64,000 bases of DNA from Octopus vulgaris. Taxonomy: Eukaryota. Below are positions 40,735 through 55,642 of the stretch, one piece after another. The stretch spans positions 115,258,001 to 115,322,000 of the forward strand of contig OX597817.1 of assembly GCA_951406725.2 (NCBI GenBank), in the 5' to 3' direction. Position numbers and translations under genes: made by a program. Each line of letters opens with the position of its first letter. The first letter of the stretch is position 1. Under the pieces are notes generated by a model. That model did not search any database. It was given only the letters and a program-made list of their open reading frames with translations, and had not been told where the DNA came from.

Positions 40735-40848
40735 GATAAGATCGATATATTTAAATATCGATCTTATCAAGTGGCCAGTATGGGAGTAAAAACCTTACAA
40801 AGGTAATAATTATTTAAAACTATAAAACTTATAGTTTTAAATAATTAT
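40735..40848. repeat. Two adjacent perfect AT-rich hairpins
   Basis: gataagatcgatat/atatcgatcttatc (14-bp arms, 40735-40768) and ataattatttaaaactataa/ttatagttttaaataattat (20-bp arms, 3-nt loop, 40806-40848). Confidence 0.9.
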
Positions 40849-41879
40849 AAACTTCACGATTGAATGAAATGTCACGGTGAAGAAAGTGGAAGTCCAAGAT
40901 AATTCAGAAGGCATAATTCAATTTTTCATACAAAAATAATTTATTTTACAACCAAGTGTATAAAAAGGAAGATGCTGTTTTTGAACTGTGTAACATTACA
41001 GACTGTAGAATAAATACTGTGTAACGCAGTACAAGGGTTGTACGACGTTGTTACAGTTATGAAGAATACAAGGACTCCTAGAAAACTGGTTAGTATGAGT
41101 GGAGTAACATTTCTGTAATTATAATGAAAGAGCCGCTGAGGCTTCCTACTTCTCCAAGTTTCCGAATTTGTTATGGTAATCAGAATAATAACTTTGTTCA
41201 TATATATTTGCGAATATTGTGTATAGTGTTGAATCAGCCATATCTTCATATTAGTAGTACGTGAAAGTGAATGTTGTTATTTGTTTGAAGTCCAGGCCGC
41301 ACGTAAACTTTCAATATCGGCGCGTTTCACTGAGGGGGGGGATTTACATACATATATTAAGAGACATACACTCACACACACGTACATTAAGGTACACCTG
41401 AATCCTACCTCTGTCCTTGTGTGTGTCTGTCTCTGTCTTTAGATATGTGTGTGTGTGCGTCACTCGTCACAAAAATGTATGTATACTGACAGACATATAC
41501 ACCATCACACACATATACTTGTCAGTCGTCAATCTAACGTAGATAACAAACATGCGAACACGCTCATATAGAAAATGTGTCGTCATCATTATTGTGATGG
41601 TGACATAAATGCCGTTTACGATAGGTGATTAAAACAAAAAGTGTTAATTTTTGTAATGATAACATGTGAATGAAAATATAGTTTAGTTGAAAATGTAACA
41701 AAAAGCTTACTGAATCTTTTGATACCCCTTACGTCAAAATCGGTATCTCGGTTTTGGAATGCATAAGGAACATACGCGCACACACAAACATACAAACTCT
41801 CTTTCATATGTATATATATATATATGTGTGTGTGTGTGTGAGTGTGTGTGTATGTGTGTGTGTGTGTGTGTTTATGTAT

Positions 41880-42085
41880 ATGTTTGTGTGTCTGTGTTTG
41901 TCCACCCCACATCGCATGACTACCGTTGTTTACGTCCTCGTAACATACCGGTTCGGCAAAAGAGACCGATAGAATAAGAATCAAGCTTACAAAGAATACG
42001 TTCTGGGGTCGATTTATTCGACTAAGAGGATGCTCCAACATGGCTGGAGTCACATGACTGAAACAAGTAAAAGAATAAAAGAATA
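41880..42085 (+). mobile_element. SINE family A, 3' half
   Basis: gtgtctgtgtttgtcc...ggttcggcaaaagagaccgatagaataag...gactgaaacaagtaaaagaataaaagaat. Confidence 0.85.
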
Positions 42086-42229
42086 TATATATATATACAT
42101 ATATACAATGTATATATATATACACACATATATATAGTAATGTATATATATCCATACAATGTATTAATATATTCATATGTATGTACCTATATACATACAT
42201 AGAATGTACGTATATATATATATATATAT

Positions 42230-43225
42230 GATAAAAATAAACAACAGGATATCAGGAAGTGATGCCGTACGACCATTTCAAGCAGCTCCATTTAAATAAA
42301 CAATGCAATCAAGTTAAATGCATGGCTATCCTCAGCTGAACAAATAAATAAATAGAATTTTACTCAGTTGGATTACACTCGAATAATCTAACAGAGCAAG
42401 AAGATAGAAAAAATCCACGTTGTCGCTATTACAGCTAAGAATATACTATACTTCCAAGAAATGTATGAAGTTTGTTGGTGGACCATAGCTTATAAATGAT
42501 TGTGGTTTATTTTTAATTTATTAGTCTTGTTTATCAACTACTAAATCTAAGACTAGAGGACTGTGTCTGTTTAGAATCTAGATCAGGAGTGCGTTGACAG
42601 CTCATAGCTAGGTTTGGTTATAAATAGACAAGATTTAAGGAGTAGTATAACGTAAACGTCTATGAAGGAGGCTGGGTAGGGGAAGACCCTGAATCAAGAT
42701 GTTAAGTACCAGTTAAACGGGTACTATGGGTCATTGCTTATCAACAATATTGTTATGTCGTATAAAGATTAAATTTAAGATTATCGAAAATGATATAACC
42801 AAAATAGATAAAATGTGTATATATACCAATTTTCAACATTAAAAAGGGAAGATTGCATAGAATCTGTTTAATATTCATTCATGTACTTAATTATTTAATT
42901 ATTTGGTGGTTTCTATAAAAACTGCTCTGGGCATTTACTTATGGAATACTGGAAAGATAAACATGCTATCTATATATTAATTATAAGCTAAGAATCAGAA
43001 AGAAATATAGAAGTTGTGTACAGATACACACACATATTTATCTATGAGCACACATACAAACATACAGAAATATTTATACGTTATGGATATATTATAATCA
43101 ACTCACATAGACTAGAAAGTATATATCTCTATTTAAGAATAGTAACAGCTTATAAGGAATAAGAGGTTAATAGGTAAGGATATCAAAATAAGAAAATAAA
43201 ATAAGAGTTTATAGAGAATAGTAAG

Positions 43226-43278
<53 letters not shown>

Positions 43279-43910
43279 AACTTACATTTAATGAGACAGG
43301 GTATTAAAATTTGAGGTAGGGAAGAGATGAAGATAACCCCAAAGAGGAAGCAATAGGTATGGGAGTAGTGAGGGCAGTTGGAAGTATTCAGAGCGGAGAG
43401 CTATTTTATAAGCTGGAAAGTTACTGGTGCTATTACATACATGATGTTATAGTTTCTCGGGGGTATATAATTAGGAAACTTACATAAAAGCCATTACAAA
43501 AATGCATAATATGATCTGTAGGGTAGAACATCATAGAAAGGAACAAATAGGTTAATCACCAAAAACATGATGAAGTCAGACTAACTAGGCAGGATTATTC
43601 ATGGGATAGTAATTACATGTAGCACAGTACACACCTTACCATATAGCTTATAACATATGCAATGCAATTTAATTCACCATATAATTCAAAATCCGATGAT
43701 TTTATTATGTATGATACTGGAAGGTAAGTTCACATAAGATACGGCATCAAAAATTAATTTTCACCATCTAAGTTCAAGTATAGCGCCTATAAACGCTAAT
43801 TTCGGAAATATTTAAATGTACGGGTGACTCTATGTATGCATGATACCTTAGGTCTAATCTATATGAACAAAACAAGCTACAGGATATCAAGATGTGATGC
43901 AGTACGATCA
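42230..43910 (-). mobile_element. Decayed PLE body flanked by short direct (pLTR-like) repeats
   Basis: acaggatatcaggaagtgatgccgtacgacc (~42244) recurs as acaggatatcaagatgtgatgcagtacgatc (~43879). Intervening minus-strand frames only weakly resemble PLE thumb/EN. Confidence 0.35.
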
Positions 43911-43914
43911 ACAG

Positions 43915-44270
43915 ATCCACTCCTTTTTTTATTGCAAGTCAACGCCAGACCACACATCGCAAAAATGACTTTGGCGAAACTACAGGAGTTGGAGTTGGAA
44001 GTTCTCCCTCATCCACCATACGCACTTGATCTTGCCCCCACTGACTACCACTTTTTCCAGAATGTGGATAATTTTTGATAGACGATGTTGTAAAACAGGC
44101 CTTCAAAGATTTTATTGACTCTAGATTGCCAGGCTTTTACAGTTCCGGGCTGGACAAACTACCGCTGAAATGGCAAAAGTGTATTGACAATATGGGTACA
44201 TACTTTGATGAATAAAACTATTCCTTTTATTTATAAAACATAAACAAACTGTTTTCTTTTCTACAAATTT
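43915..44270 (+). mobile_element. Mariner transposase C-terminal remnant
   Basis: LLQVNARPHIAKMTLAKLQELELEVLPHPPYALDLAPTDYHFFQNVDNF, followed by a KLPLKWQKCIDNMGTYFDE-like tail. Confidence 0.9.
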
Positions 44271-44360
44271 CATACTTGACGACATACTATATACATATAT
44301 AGTGCAGTCCATATACTTATATCGTGAATTGTACAAATTTTGCTTACGTACATATATCCT

Positions 44361-44412
<52 letters not shown>

Positions 44413-45251
44413 GGGATATATGTGCGTAAGCAAAATTGTATATGTTTCAATATATAAGTTTATGAACTGCATTATATTTTTCGTTTGTTATCCTCCCACC
44501 TCAGAAATATTAGTTTTGATATTGGCTGCACAATCTAGAAGACTGAAAGCAAATATCATTCAAATCTGCTACATATATTCAATGTCGGTCTCCGTGGCAT
44601 GTGCAGTTTGTCGTGGATCAGAAAATATTGGCATCATATTCGTTGGTTCACAAGGTTGAAAACTGTTACAATATTACGATGTAAATGGCATGGAAGCCCT
44701 TCACTCGGGAATTACTGAGAAGTGTGTGGTTTTGTTTCATACATAGAACTATTGCTATGTCATATTGTATGTTCTTGTTTAGTAAGGTTAGTGTCACATC
44801 CGATTTATGTTAACCGATTGTCAGGTTATACTGCATCATTAATTGTATCATTCGCATACAAAGCCACCATGCTGCGTTAATCTACAGCCTGTCTTAGTGA
44901 AATGTATTACCCTGTAAACATAAATAATATATGCCTCTAAAAAATGGTTATATTTTCTTCATATACATATAAGCATAAACAACTGGATATGTACATGTAT
45001 ATATATATATATATATTTGCATAAATACAGACCTCAATATGCATATATATATGTGTGTGTGCGTATGCATATGTAAATCCATGTCAAAGCTATCTCTCTA
45101 TATATGTATATATTTCTATATGTATTCATAAACATGTGTGTGTTTGTGTATATTGTTTGTATATATATGTATACAGACACACATATGTAAATATGTGCGC
45201 GTGTGTGTTTCTGTGTGTGCGCGTGTGTGCATACACATGCACTCACATATG

Positions 45252-45313
<62 letters not shown>

Positions 45314-45640
45314 TGACAGAAAAGGAATGAGAAAGCGACAAAAGGAAAGAGTATCATCACCTGCATGTTCTCCATTAAGAGAAGCGTTAAATTGCATATA
45401 CTTGTGTGCATCTGTAGGATACTATATATTCGTAATTAGATTAACATACGTCACAGTACATGTAGTTTCTGTTCTATGACTTATTCGAGCTCTCTGCGTA
45501 CGCTTACATGTATACATAAGTATACATACATAGATACATACAACAGGCACACACACACACACACTAACACACACGTTTGAACGTGTATACATTTATATGT
45601 ATGTTTGCATGTATGTATCTATTTTCTATCAGTCCGTCAG

Positions 45641-45843
<203 letters not shown>

Positions 45844-46514
45844 GTGCATATACATTCGAGGATTATTTATAATGTGCATGAGTTTTGTGTGTGTGTATTT
45901 ATATATATGTGTGTATGAATGTAAGCACGTGTGTATACATGAACATACATGTACATTCATCTCCATACACACACATTAATAAACTTATATATATATGTAA
46001 ATATGTGTATGTATGTATGGAGGCAAATATACTTCCGTACGTACATATGTATGTATGTAAGTATGTCGCATGTTAAACAATACTTCTTACTATCAGATTC
46101 AACTTGTTGTAAATATTACTCACACACTTTTGCGTTTCTCAAACCTCTTCAAAAGACTCAATTTCATATCGCATTGAAGAGCGATCACCTTTAGCTGTGA
46201 GGTTATGTATTCTTTTTCTTATACGATTAGTCAAGCATAGAATTGTATAGAGTCTTGGAAAAGTATGACTAGATACTCTATTTCGTTGCTAAACAAAACA
46301 GATTTGCAATTCAAATCCATAGATTGGTTTGGTTATTTTACTTTCAATTCTTTTACTTTTGCTGTGACAATATTCTCTCGAATGATACTTGATATTGTGC
46401 ATATAGAGATAGCTATATATTTGTAAGAAAGTATTAAATGACGCACAAACTGATAACGGCCTTCGCATATAAACATTATTTATGTATAAATGAATGTATG
46501 CATGCATCTGTCTG

Positions 46515-46628
<114 letters not shown>

Positions 46629-47733
46629 CACACGTACACACGTATTTGCATACATGTAGTATGTTTAGATGTATAAAATTGAATGCGTACTCTTAACTTC
46701 TCTCATAGAGACACACTACGGACGCACACAAGCATATACATAATCAGAGCTAGAGGACTAAATAATAAAGAAAAACAACGAGCAAAATGAAATGGGAGGA
46801 GTTTACATTTTTTGCAGTAGTTCGAGATATTCCCTGAACTAACATTTGCAACTGTGACATTAGGCAGAGTATTTGATTTTTAAAAAAATTCTTATTTATT
46901 TTATCATTGCATTTACTAAACATCTACCCTTTTCCCCTTCTTGGTGAATTGTACTTCCTTTTGCGTTATTGTGAACACCTTTTTAGATCTATACAATTTT
47001 AGTAGCTCTGTTGCTCTTCAGTTCAAAAAAGGATTATAGTATCTCAATACTGGCATATTTCACATACCGACTGCTTTAATGATATTACCGCCAATTAGTG
47101 TTGCTTCAAACACTTCTTACATGTAAGGTTTAGTGATATTCTCGTTTCTTTTTCAATTACCTTGTCATCCTGCAGTACACCTGGGTACCTCTATTCTTCA
47201 TACACTTCCAGTGATCTGATGATATTTTTTTGGTATCTTTTTCGTATCGGAGTTAAACTTTCGACCACTCTTCATAACTAATCTTCTCTACAATGGGCAC
47301 CCGAGCTGAAGCTTTAGGGGTGGAGGCTAGTCGATTACGTCGACTCCCATGCTCTATTGGACTTATTTCGTCGACTCCGATAGGATGAAAGGCAAATTCG
47401 ACCGTGTCGGAAGATGAAGTTAATGCCGCTAATCATTGTACCCGGCGGGCTAATGATTCTACCCGCTGATCACCTTCATAATTAATACAAAATTATTGAC
47501 TACAAATAGTATATCACTTTACTTGCTAGGTAGTCTTACAGTTTGAAGAAGAGAATCCGGATATTATTTTTTATTTACGTGTATAATTTGGTATCGGTCC
47601 TATATTGTGAATGATAGGGTGGGGTGGAGGATAAAGGGTCAATTTTCCCCAAATTTTGAAAACAATGTCAAATGAAAGCCAATATGTAACTTTTAACACC
47701 ATTACACTACATCAAAAAGTGCACCATTATTCT

Positions 47734-48143
47734 TATTTCTTTTGACACAAGGGGTTAAACATAGAGGAGACAAACAAGGACAGACAAAGGGATTAAGTCC
47801 ATTACATCGACCCCAATATGAAACTGCTACTTAATTTATCGACCCCGAAAGGATGAAAGGCAAAGTCGACCTCGGCGGAATTTGAACTCAGAACGGAGCG
47901 GCAGACGAATTACCTATTTCTTTCCTACCCACAAGCGGCTAAACACAGAGAGGACAAACAAAGGCAGACAAACGGATTAAGTCGATTATATCAACTCCAG
48001 TGCTCAACTGGTCCTTAATTTATGGACCCCGAAACGATGAAAGGCAAATTCGACCTAGGCGGAATTTGAACTCAGAACGTAACGACAGACGAAATTCGGC
48101 TATGCATTTCGCCTGGAGTTTCTGCCAGCTCGCCGCCTTTATT
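47734..48143 (-). mobile_element. Dimeric (head-to-tail) SINE family B within one 18-bp TSD
   Basis: TSD aaagtgcaccattattct at 47716-47733 and 48144-48161. Full unit ~47915-48140 plus a 5'-truncated unit ~47734-47912. Confidence 0.88.
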
Positions 48144-48599
48144 AAAGTGCACCATTATTCTGATAAGCACTTCGATAGACTGGGAGTCAATTTTGAATGC
48201 TCGTGAGAGAATCCTATTTGATTTTCTGTAAAATCTGAAATTTCAATATTTGGTAAGGTATAATATGTCCTCTACAAGTGGAGCAAAACTCAGAGTAGTA
48301 TTTCAATAAAAATATGACGAAGGGCGAATGCTGAAAACATTTAATAAAGAAACATGTGAGAGACATCTAAATTTAAAAAGACTCAATCGTCATGAAAATA
48401 AATAAAAACAAACAAACAAAAAACAAAAATCAGGTTTCCGGAACAATGATAAATCAATCAAAACAGAATCCTCCATATTCAACACATGGAAACCAGATTA
48501 TGCCGTACACCTCTCACAGAAGAAATATTGGTTAATATCTGTTTCCTTTGGTTTACACTTAGGGGAAATATATGTCAAACAAACAAACGTCACATAGTA

Positions 48600-49360
48600 G
48601 CCAGACTTCGTTCTCCCTGCCATTTTATCTGCTCCAAAACCTCTTGCAGACAGAACACCCAGCGTCTGCTTTCTTCGAATTATCTGTACTATCATGACCA
48701 ACGTCCACTATTATCGTATTCTGTCGTATCTGTTTTCTGCCATTTTGGAGCAAGTGGTCTTCCTTTCCATTCTTAGACATTTATTGCTTCTTTGGTGCAT
48801 TTATATTTTTCTTTTGCTCTTGGAATAACAATACAATCATATTACCGCCCCTTGATTCTGTGGAAATATTAACAGTCACATGAAACAGTGCTGTCAAAAT
48901 ACTTCGAGATACTGGCACATATACGTCTTGTGGTAATTTTATGCCATCAGAGTTTCTTCTTCTTCTTCTTCTTCTTCTTCTTCTTCTTCTTCTTCTTCTT
49001 CTTCTTCTTCTTCTTCTTCTTCTTCTTCTTCTTCTTCTTCTTCCGCTAACGATGCGCAATACAGTTTCACCATATATTCTACATATGTCGCTGTCGGTAG
49101 CGTTGTCTATTCTACACTTCACATACTCGGCCCTTCACGCTTGTTCTTGAACTGCTCATATAAGTGCTTCTGTCTCTATCCTCAGGTCACTCCTCCTCAT
49201 CCATAGCCACCGGTCTTCTGTACCTGTCTTGGCGTTCGTATCCATTGTAAACTGTCTGTACAGTTTTTCTTCTTTGCTGTTTTTTTTTTAACTGCTCAGC
49301 TTTTTGTGCTCTCCAAAATAGCTGAACAATCATCGGTCGTCTTCTATTAGAGAGTCCGTC
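48600..49360 (-). mobile_element. Old R4/Dong-clade LINE remnant interrupted by (CTT)n
   Basis: EKLYRQF..DRWLWMRRSDLRIETEALI.AVQEQA..KCRIDNATDSDICRIYGETVLRIVSG, the same region as the 12.5-13.8 kb copy. Confidence 0.65.
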
Positions 49361-49717
49361 CTCCTCCTCCTCCTCCTCCTCATCATCATCATCGTCATCA
49401 TCATCATCATCGTCGTCGTCATCATCATCATCATCACCATCGTCATCATCATCGTCATCATCGTCGTTTAGGCTGTGCGATGGTAGAATTGTTACCGCGT
49501 CGGGCAAGTCGCGTAAGTTTTAATGTTCTGAGTTCAAATACCGCCGAAAACAACTTTGCCTTTCAACATTTCGGGCAGGATAAAATATAGTACCGGTCAA
49601 GTACCAAAAAAAAAATGTTCTTCCCCAGACTGATAGCTTTGTGGTAAATTTAAAACCATAAATAGTAGTAGCAGTAGTAGTAGTAGTAGCAGCAGCAGCA
49701 GTAATGATAGTAGTAGC

Positions 49718-49751
<34 letters not shown>

Positions 49752-49752
49752 A

Positions 49753-49793
<41 letters not shown>

Positions 49794-49886
49794 ATAGTAA
49801 TAGTAGTAGTAGTAGTAGTAAAAAGAAGAGAAAGTTGCTGAACGATAATAAGATGTATTATCTTGAAATATTGCATACACATACAC

Positions 49887-49960
<74 letters not shown>

Positions 49961-50039
49961 GTGTGTGGGAATATACACACATATATATATATATATATAT
50001 AGTTATATATATAAATCAAGCCTCCAGCATGTCACTGTC

Positions 50040-50700
50040 TTTGCAATCTAACAAATACTTATCTTTTGACGGTCCAGTCCATCATGCCGAGAATAGTTAT
50101 ATACTCTATAATTAACAAGTATGTTGCTGTTACTTTGAAGAAGATTTGTTAGAGTTTGTTATGTTACACTTGTATATTTTAGCCGTTGTACTGTAACTTC
50201 AATTTTATCACGAACATCTTAGTGAATAACATTGTCGGATAGTTTCTTTTTCAATTTATAAATCACCATATGTGCTGATATGAAAAATATATATTAATGT
50301 TATTTCTGAAAATATATTTCAGCATATGTTAGGAAACCAGAAATTTCGCATGAAATATAATATTTTGCTGGAATAAGGTTTGCATTGAAGATTATTTATG
50401 TGAAATATTTTCCAATCAATATTTTTCATGTGTGATAATTCTAATATACTTGGTTCATCATCTTTTATTATTGCTGTGCAATACACAAAATCTACTTGTC
50501 TAAAAAAAAATGATCACTCATGTTTTTGTGCTATTATGGTATTCTCTAGTAAAATATGTTGATTCCTTCTGGCTTATGCACTGATATCCTTGTTGATTAC
50601 AGTTTGCCAATGTTTATCTTGTTTGTAGGTAATACTTGTATCAGTATAATATATTGACATTACGCTCCCTAGATTTAGGAGAGGTTCAGTTAAATCTCAG
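50040..50700 (-). mobile_element. Highly decayed PLE thumb/GIY-YIG remnant
   Basis: Weak motifs (..IYKCNITN.., ..ISICRL..) in broken frames. Confidence 0.3.
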
Positions 50701-52676
50701 TCTAAATAGTTACGAACTAAATAATGAATACAAGATTGATGTTGTTTAAAACCCTGATATGAATATCAAGAAATGTAGCCCTCATTCAGAAACATGTACG
50801 ATGGTTTTCAAAAATGTAAAAAAAAATCTTTCATATAAAAAAATTACAAAGACTGTGGACAAAATAAACGAAATGGGAAACTTAAGTCACCGTTGAATTA
50901 AATGACGTGTAAATTTATCTTGATCCGATACACCAACTAAACAACCCATTTGACGCTTATAAAGTTATCAGAGAAAGTAGTGTGAAAGCAAAGCTGGAAA
51001 TATAGCGGAAAAGGGCACTAAATCCTGTTAACTGACAAATGGAAGTCTGAATACTTAAGATCGTGTCAGAATAGAAAAAAAATAATCGTTAGCGATGGTT
51101 GATTGTATATACAATAAGGTAATCTATAAGCGACATATCTGTTTGAAGGTTTTTCACGAAAGCATTAGTGACAATGTTGACAATAATGTCAATGCAACGG
51201 TAATAATGTTCATGGCTACGATAATGATGTTAATTACTAAGATAATGACGTTAATATTCGTGATAGTGATTTTAATCACTATGAAATAATGTTATGAACT
51301 ACAGTAGTAGTGTCAAGAAATACTAAAAATACATCAGTGACAATTGTCAACGACTTTGACGACCATCATTGGAATATTTATATTTCAATAGTGCTGATAG
51401 TCCTGAGATGAAGTTAAGATCGAATACTAGTCAGTCGATCCAGTAGGCAGTGTTGGAGGGGGAGTAACAGGGTGGGTCCGAAACGGATCGCTATCTCTCC
51501 TGATGATCCCCAAAACCTACTGCCGTTCGGTATGCAGAGCTTTCTGTGTGACAGCACGTGCACAAAGAAGCTGCTCCTAAGACTATTCTGCAGACACGCT
51601 TCATTAGTTGGCCGCTAAGAAGAAGAATCTACAAAGTGCTCTTGAATGAAGGCTGAGAACACCGTAGGAATGGCGTGATGAAGAAATCTGGCTGCACCAT
51701 GTGTATGTCACTGAAGTAATTATTTATTTTAGAGAATTGGGAGTCGATGTAGTCGCAGTAGAATAGACAGAAGAATGTAACAAGAAATACGAGCACTATT
51801 AGTAGTTGTTTTTCCTTAGTACTAACTGTTACGATCAGGCGAATTCTTCGGAATAAGAAAAAAAGAGGTGAACTTCTGAACGCAACCACAAAATTGTAAA
51901 ATCAGTGAATTAACATTCAAGGATGAAATTGTATCAAAAATGTGTAAGTCAAGTTAAAGATATATTTGATAATTTAGCGATCCATTTGCAAATAAATAAA
52001 TATTCAAAGAATTTAATATCCAGTATTTGATTGTTCAAAGATATGTTGTGAATGGTCCGAACCGTATCCAGCTTTATTCTATTCTCTTTTTTTCTATCAA
52101 CGTTAATCCGTTAAACAGAGAACAGTTGTTAAGGCCACGTCATTTCAACTGTCATCACAAAACGCTCATCTCCCCTCAACCAAATTTTGAAGCTTCAGTC
52201 AGAAAACATTCTAAGTTCTCTCCCTTCATTATATTTTCTCCTTTGCACTGATTATAGATATACATAACATAAATCAGACGTGATTGAACGGAGCGATTAT
52301 CAAAAGTGTTCTAGCTGTGACAACCTTGGCTTTAATTTTTTAATGGCTTCCTGAGATGTCCAGAAGATCTGAATATAATTTATAATAGGATGAACATTAC
52401 GTAAAATCTCTCACTTGCGGTAATTTTTGTATTACGTCAATCGGAGAAACTTTTTCAAATGTCTTGTCATTTCAGATGATTGGTGATCAAACATCTCACA
52501 TTTCTATTTACATTTAAGTTTTAGTTGTGTTACTGAAATAAAGGAGATTGCAATACAAAAGTATTTCCTTGATGAATGTAGGCACTGAGTGTTTATATCG
52601 TTGGGGACGACTTCGTTATCATAGTCAAAGACTAGCATTTTCAAGGTTTCCAGTTACAGTGTACTTACAAAGTTGA

Positions 52677-52772
<96 letters not shown>

Positions 52773-52828
52773 CATTTATATATCTATCTATCTAGCTATC
52801 TATCAGTCTGTCTGTCTGTCTATATATC

Positions 52829-52899
<71 letters not shown>

Positions 52900-52904
<5 letters not shown>

Positions 52905-53310
52905 TTATTTATTATTATTATTGTTCGACCGTGGTCGAGACAATGGAATTTACTATGTTACGCCAGACTTCACGGTCCATCATAGCATTACGGAGGTCCT
53001 GTTGCTGGATGCCTGTATCCCTGGAGATTACATCAGCGTAGGAGAGTGTGCGCCCTCTGGTATTGCGAGTAGATGGCTTCCAGAGGAGAAGAGTAGAAAT
53101 TACTTCTTTTTCAGCTCTACAACAATGTCCAGCAAACTGGACTCTCCTACCTTTCACAAGAGATGACACAGGTGGTAATTTCCCATATATTTGCATTTTG
53201 GTTGGATGGCGCTTCCACGAGAGATTTTGAGCTCTCATAAGGAGGCGAGTGTAGGTTCCATCCAACCGCCTCTCAAGCTTCTTTGATAACGTCCAGGTTT
53301 CTGAGCCATA
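52900..53310 (-). mobile_element. 5'-truncated RTE-clade LINE 3' end with (TAA)n tail
   Basis: YGSETWTLSKKLERRLDGTYTRLLMRAQNLSWKRHPT..IYG.LPPVS..RRVQFAGHCCR..LLLWKP..RGR..YADVI..AMMDREVWR..*; frame intact; inserted in (TA)n. Confidence 0.9.
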
Positions 53311-53357
53311 TATATACATATATACATACATATATATATACATATATATATATATAT

Positions 53358-53534
53358 GTAGGTCCCGGGTTGATTCGGGGTTAACCACAGTAAATAAGGT
53401 ACTCAATACATAGCAGAGTAAAATTAATTTATTATATAGAAGGAGCTTCTACAGGACTAGAACTGTTTCATCCTGAAGATTTCTCTTGAATGAAACAGTT
53501 CTAGTCCTGTAGAAGCTCCTTCTATATAATAAAT
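53358..53534. mobile_element. Short PLE-terminus (pLTR) element with 45-bp-arm inverted repeat and HHR core, in (TA)n
   Basis: Arms 53427-53471 / 53490-53534, spacer cctgaagatttctcttga. First ~110 bp nearly identical to 58938-59050. Confidence 0.85.
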
Positions 53535-53541
53535 ATATATC

Positions 53542-53598
<57 letters not shown>

Positions 53599-53670
53599 GT
53601 GTTTGTGTGTGTGTGTAGATAGATATATAGATAGACAGACATACAGACTGATAGATAGATATATCTGTCT

Positions 53671-53716
<46 letters not shown>

Positions 53717-53838
53717 GTGTGTGTGTGAGTATGTATGTATTGATAGAAATGGTAAGACAACATAAGAATGAAAGAAATCTCGATATTATGTAAATAGAGG
53801 AATTTATCTGTAAATGTAATATGTGACAATTATTCGGC

Positions 53839-53892
53839 AGCCATGATAAAATTCCGAGTTTCGGACGCCGCCATCTCTTCAGTTATCCGGCT
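53839..53892 (-). ncRNA. Near-intact type I hammerhead ribozyme in another PLE terminus
   Basis: Minus strand: agccg-gataa-CTGAAGA-gatg.gcgg.cgtc.c-GAAA-ctcggaa-TT-ttatc-atggct. Confidence 0.65.
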
Positions 53893-53920
53893 ATCGGAAA
53901 AAATGCTATGAAAATTACCG

Positions 53921-54017
<97 letters not shown>

Positions 54018-55599
54018 TGTGTGTGTGTGTGTGTCTGTGTGTATAGTGAGACGGGGGGGGGAGAAAGAGAACCAGCTCACTTCCTTAGAATTGTTTGGCG
54101 AATTACAACAAAAAGAAAGATGCAGGCTTCCATAAATACATCGTATGCACATATATATAGTTGGTTAATAATAACAGAATCGAAGACAAAGAGAACAGAG
54201 AAAATAAGAAGCAAACGTGCTTAAGAGAGAAGTGCGATGGAGTAGAGAGAGGAAGGCCATCAAAGCTACAGTTTACTTAATGCGCTGGTGTTGACCCATA
54301 CGCGTTCACACATCCTCGTTCGTCACGAAAGGATTGGTGATACAAGTGATACAAGATGCAATCTGGACTCATGTGGGAACAACGCAAATAAATCCCTACA
54401 ATGTTCTAACAATACCAGCAATCTCCCAACCTCGAAATAAAATGTTAAATTCATAGTGACAGAATTTGAACTAATCTGAACTGAGGACGTTAAGTCTGTA
54501 ACAGATATCACAGTATGTAATTTGAAGTGGAATTGGCTACTGCAATTCAGTAGGTCAAACAAGTGATTAGGTGGACCATCAGTTCATGAATCGTATAATT
54601 TAAGTTCAAATTGTCTTCTCCTAATAAAGTGTACATTGTGACCATTTATTAGTGCACCGTTGATGACAGGAAGGAAGTTTTAAAATGTATAATCGCTCAT
54701 AGAATATATTTTTGAATAAAGATATGTGAAAGTGGCAAAGGAGAATTAAAAAAGAAAAAACATTAAGAAAATGTTTTGCCTGGAACTCTGTGACTAGAGC
54801 GCTGAGGAGAAAAGAACTATTTCTATGTATTGAGCCTTATTCTTTTTACGTGTGTTCTATGCGTGACCCTCAGTACACTACCAAAAACAGTGCCAGTTTA
54901 TTCCGCCTATTTTCAAGTCAGATGGATAGTTTCTGAGAAAGAGATATATGTATTTCATGTGGGTTTTGCTATCAGGAAGGAACTCTGTCGCAAGCCTTAT
55001 CGCAGCCAGAATCACTAAATAAGCTATGTAGAAAGGATAGCGATGACTTTGCTGGAGAATAAAATCCCATTCCATGAGGGAGATCAATGAGAGGTGGGGT
55101 AAACGATATACTAGTGATATTTACTCTTCTCCGTCCATACACGTCTACCTTAGAATATATATATCTTCGAATATATTCAGAAATTTTCAAAAGAGACTAT
55201 TATTCGCAACGAATCTTTTCTGCAACAAAAATTTGGCAAAATCATAAAACTACAATAAATACTTTTTTCGAAGTAAACTACCATTATTTTTGCCTTGGTT
55301 CCGATTCTGTTTTTTTCTTATTAACTTATTAATGCGCCAAAACTTCAGCAACATGCTACAAAAGCAGCTATTGATTATAAGCAAGGGGAAGGAAATATAT
55401 TCATCTAAAACTTAACTCAAATGATGTAAGCGACGAAAATTGGTGAAAAAATTCTATACAGTTCAAGTGTCTTTTGTTTCTTTTTAACAGGAATTGCTGA
55501 CTTATGAAAACAAAGAGTAAATAAATTACAATAGCTATATGCTGAACCGCTTGTGTAATATTGAGAGAGAGAGAAGCAAAGAGGCAGAGAGAGAGAAAT

Positions 55600-55642
<43 letters not shown>

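Noticed and set aside
48781-49507. Poly-R and poly-D/E ORFs
   Set aside because: (CTT)n and (TCA/TCC)n tracts inside a decayed Dong LINE.
52918-53406. 162-aa ORF as a single gene
   Set aside because: Chimera of PLE terminus + (TA)n + RTE LINE C-terminus.
54270-54440. Short non-repetitive open frame (..HTRSHILVRHERIGDTSDTRCNLDSCG..*) as a host terminal exon
   Set aside because: No convincing polypyrimidine/AG acceptor and no recognisable homology.
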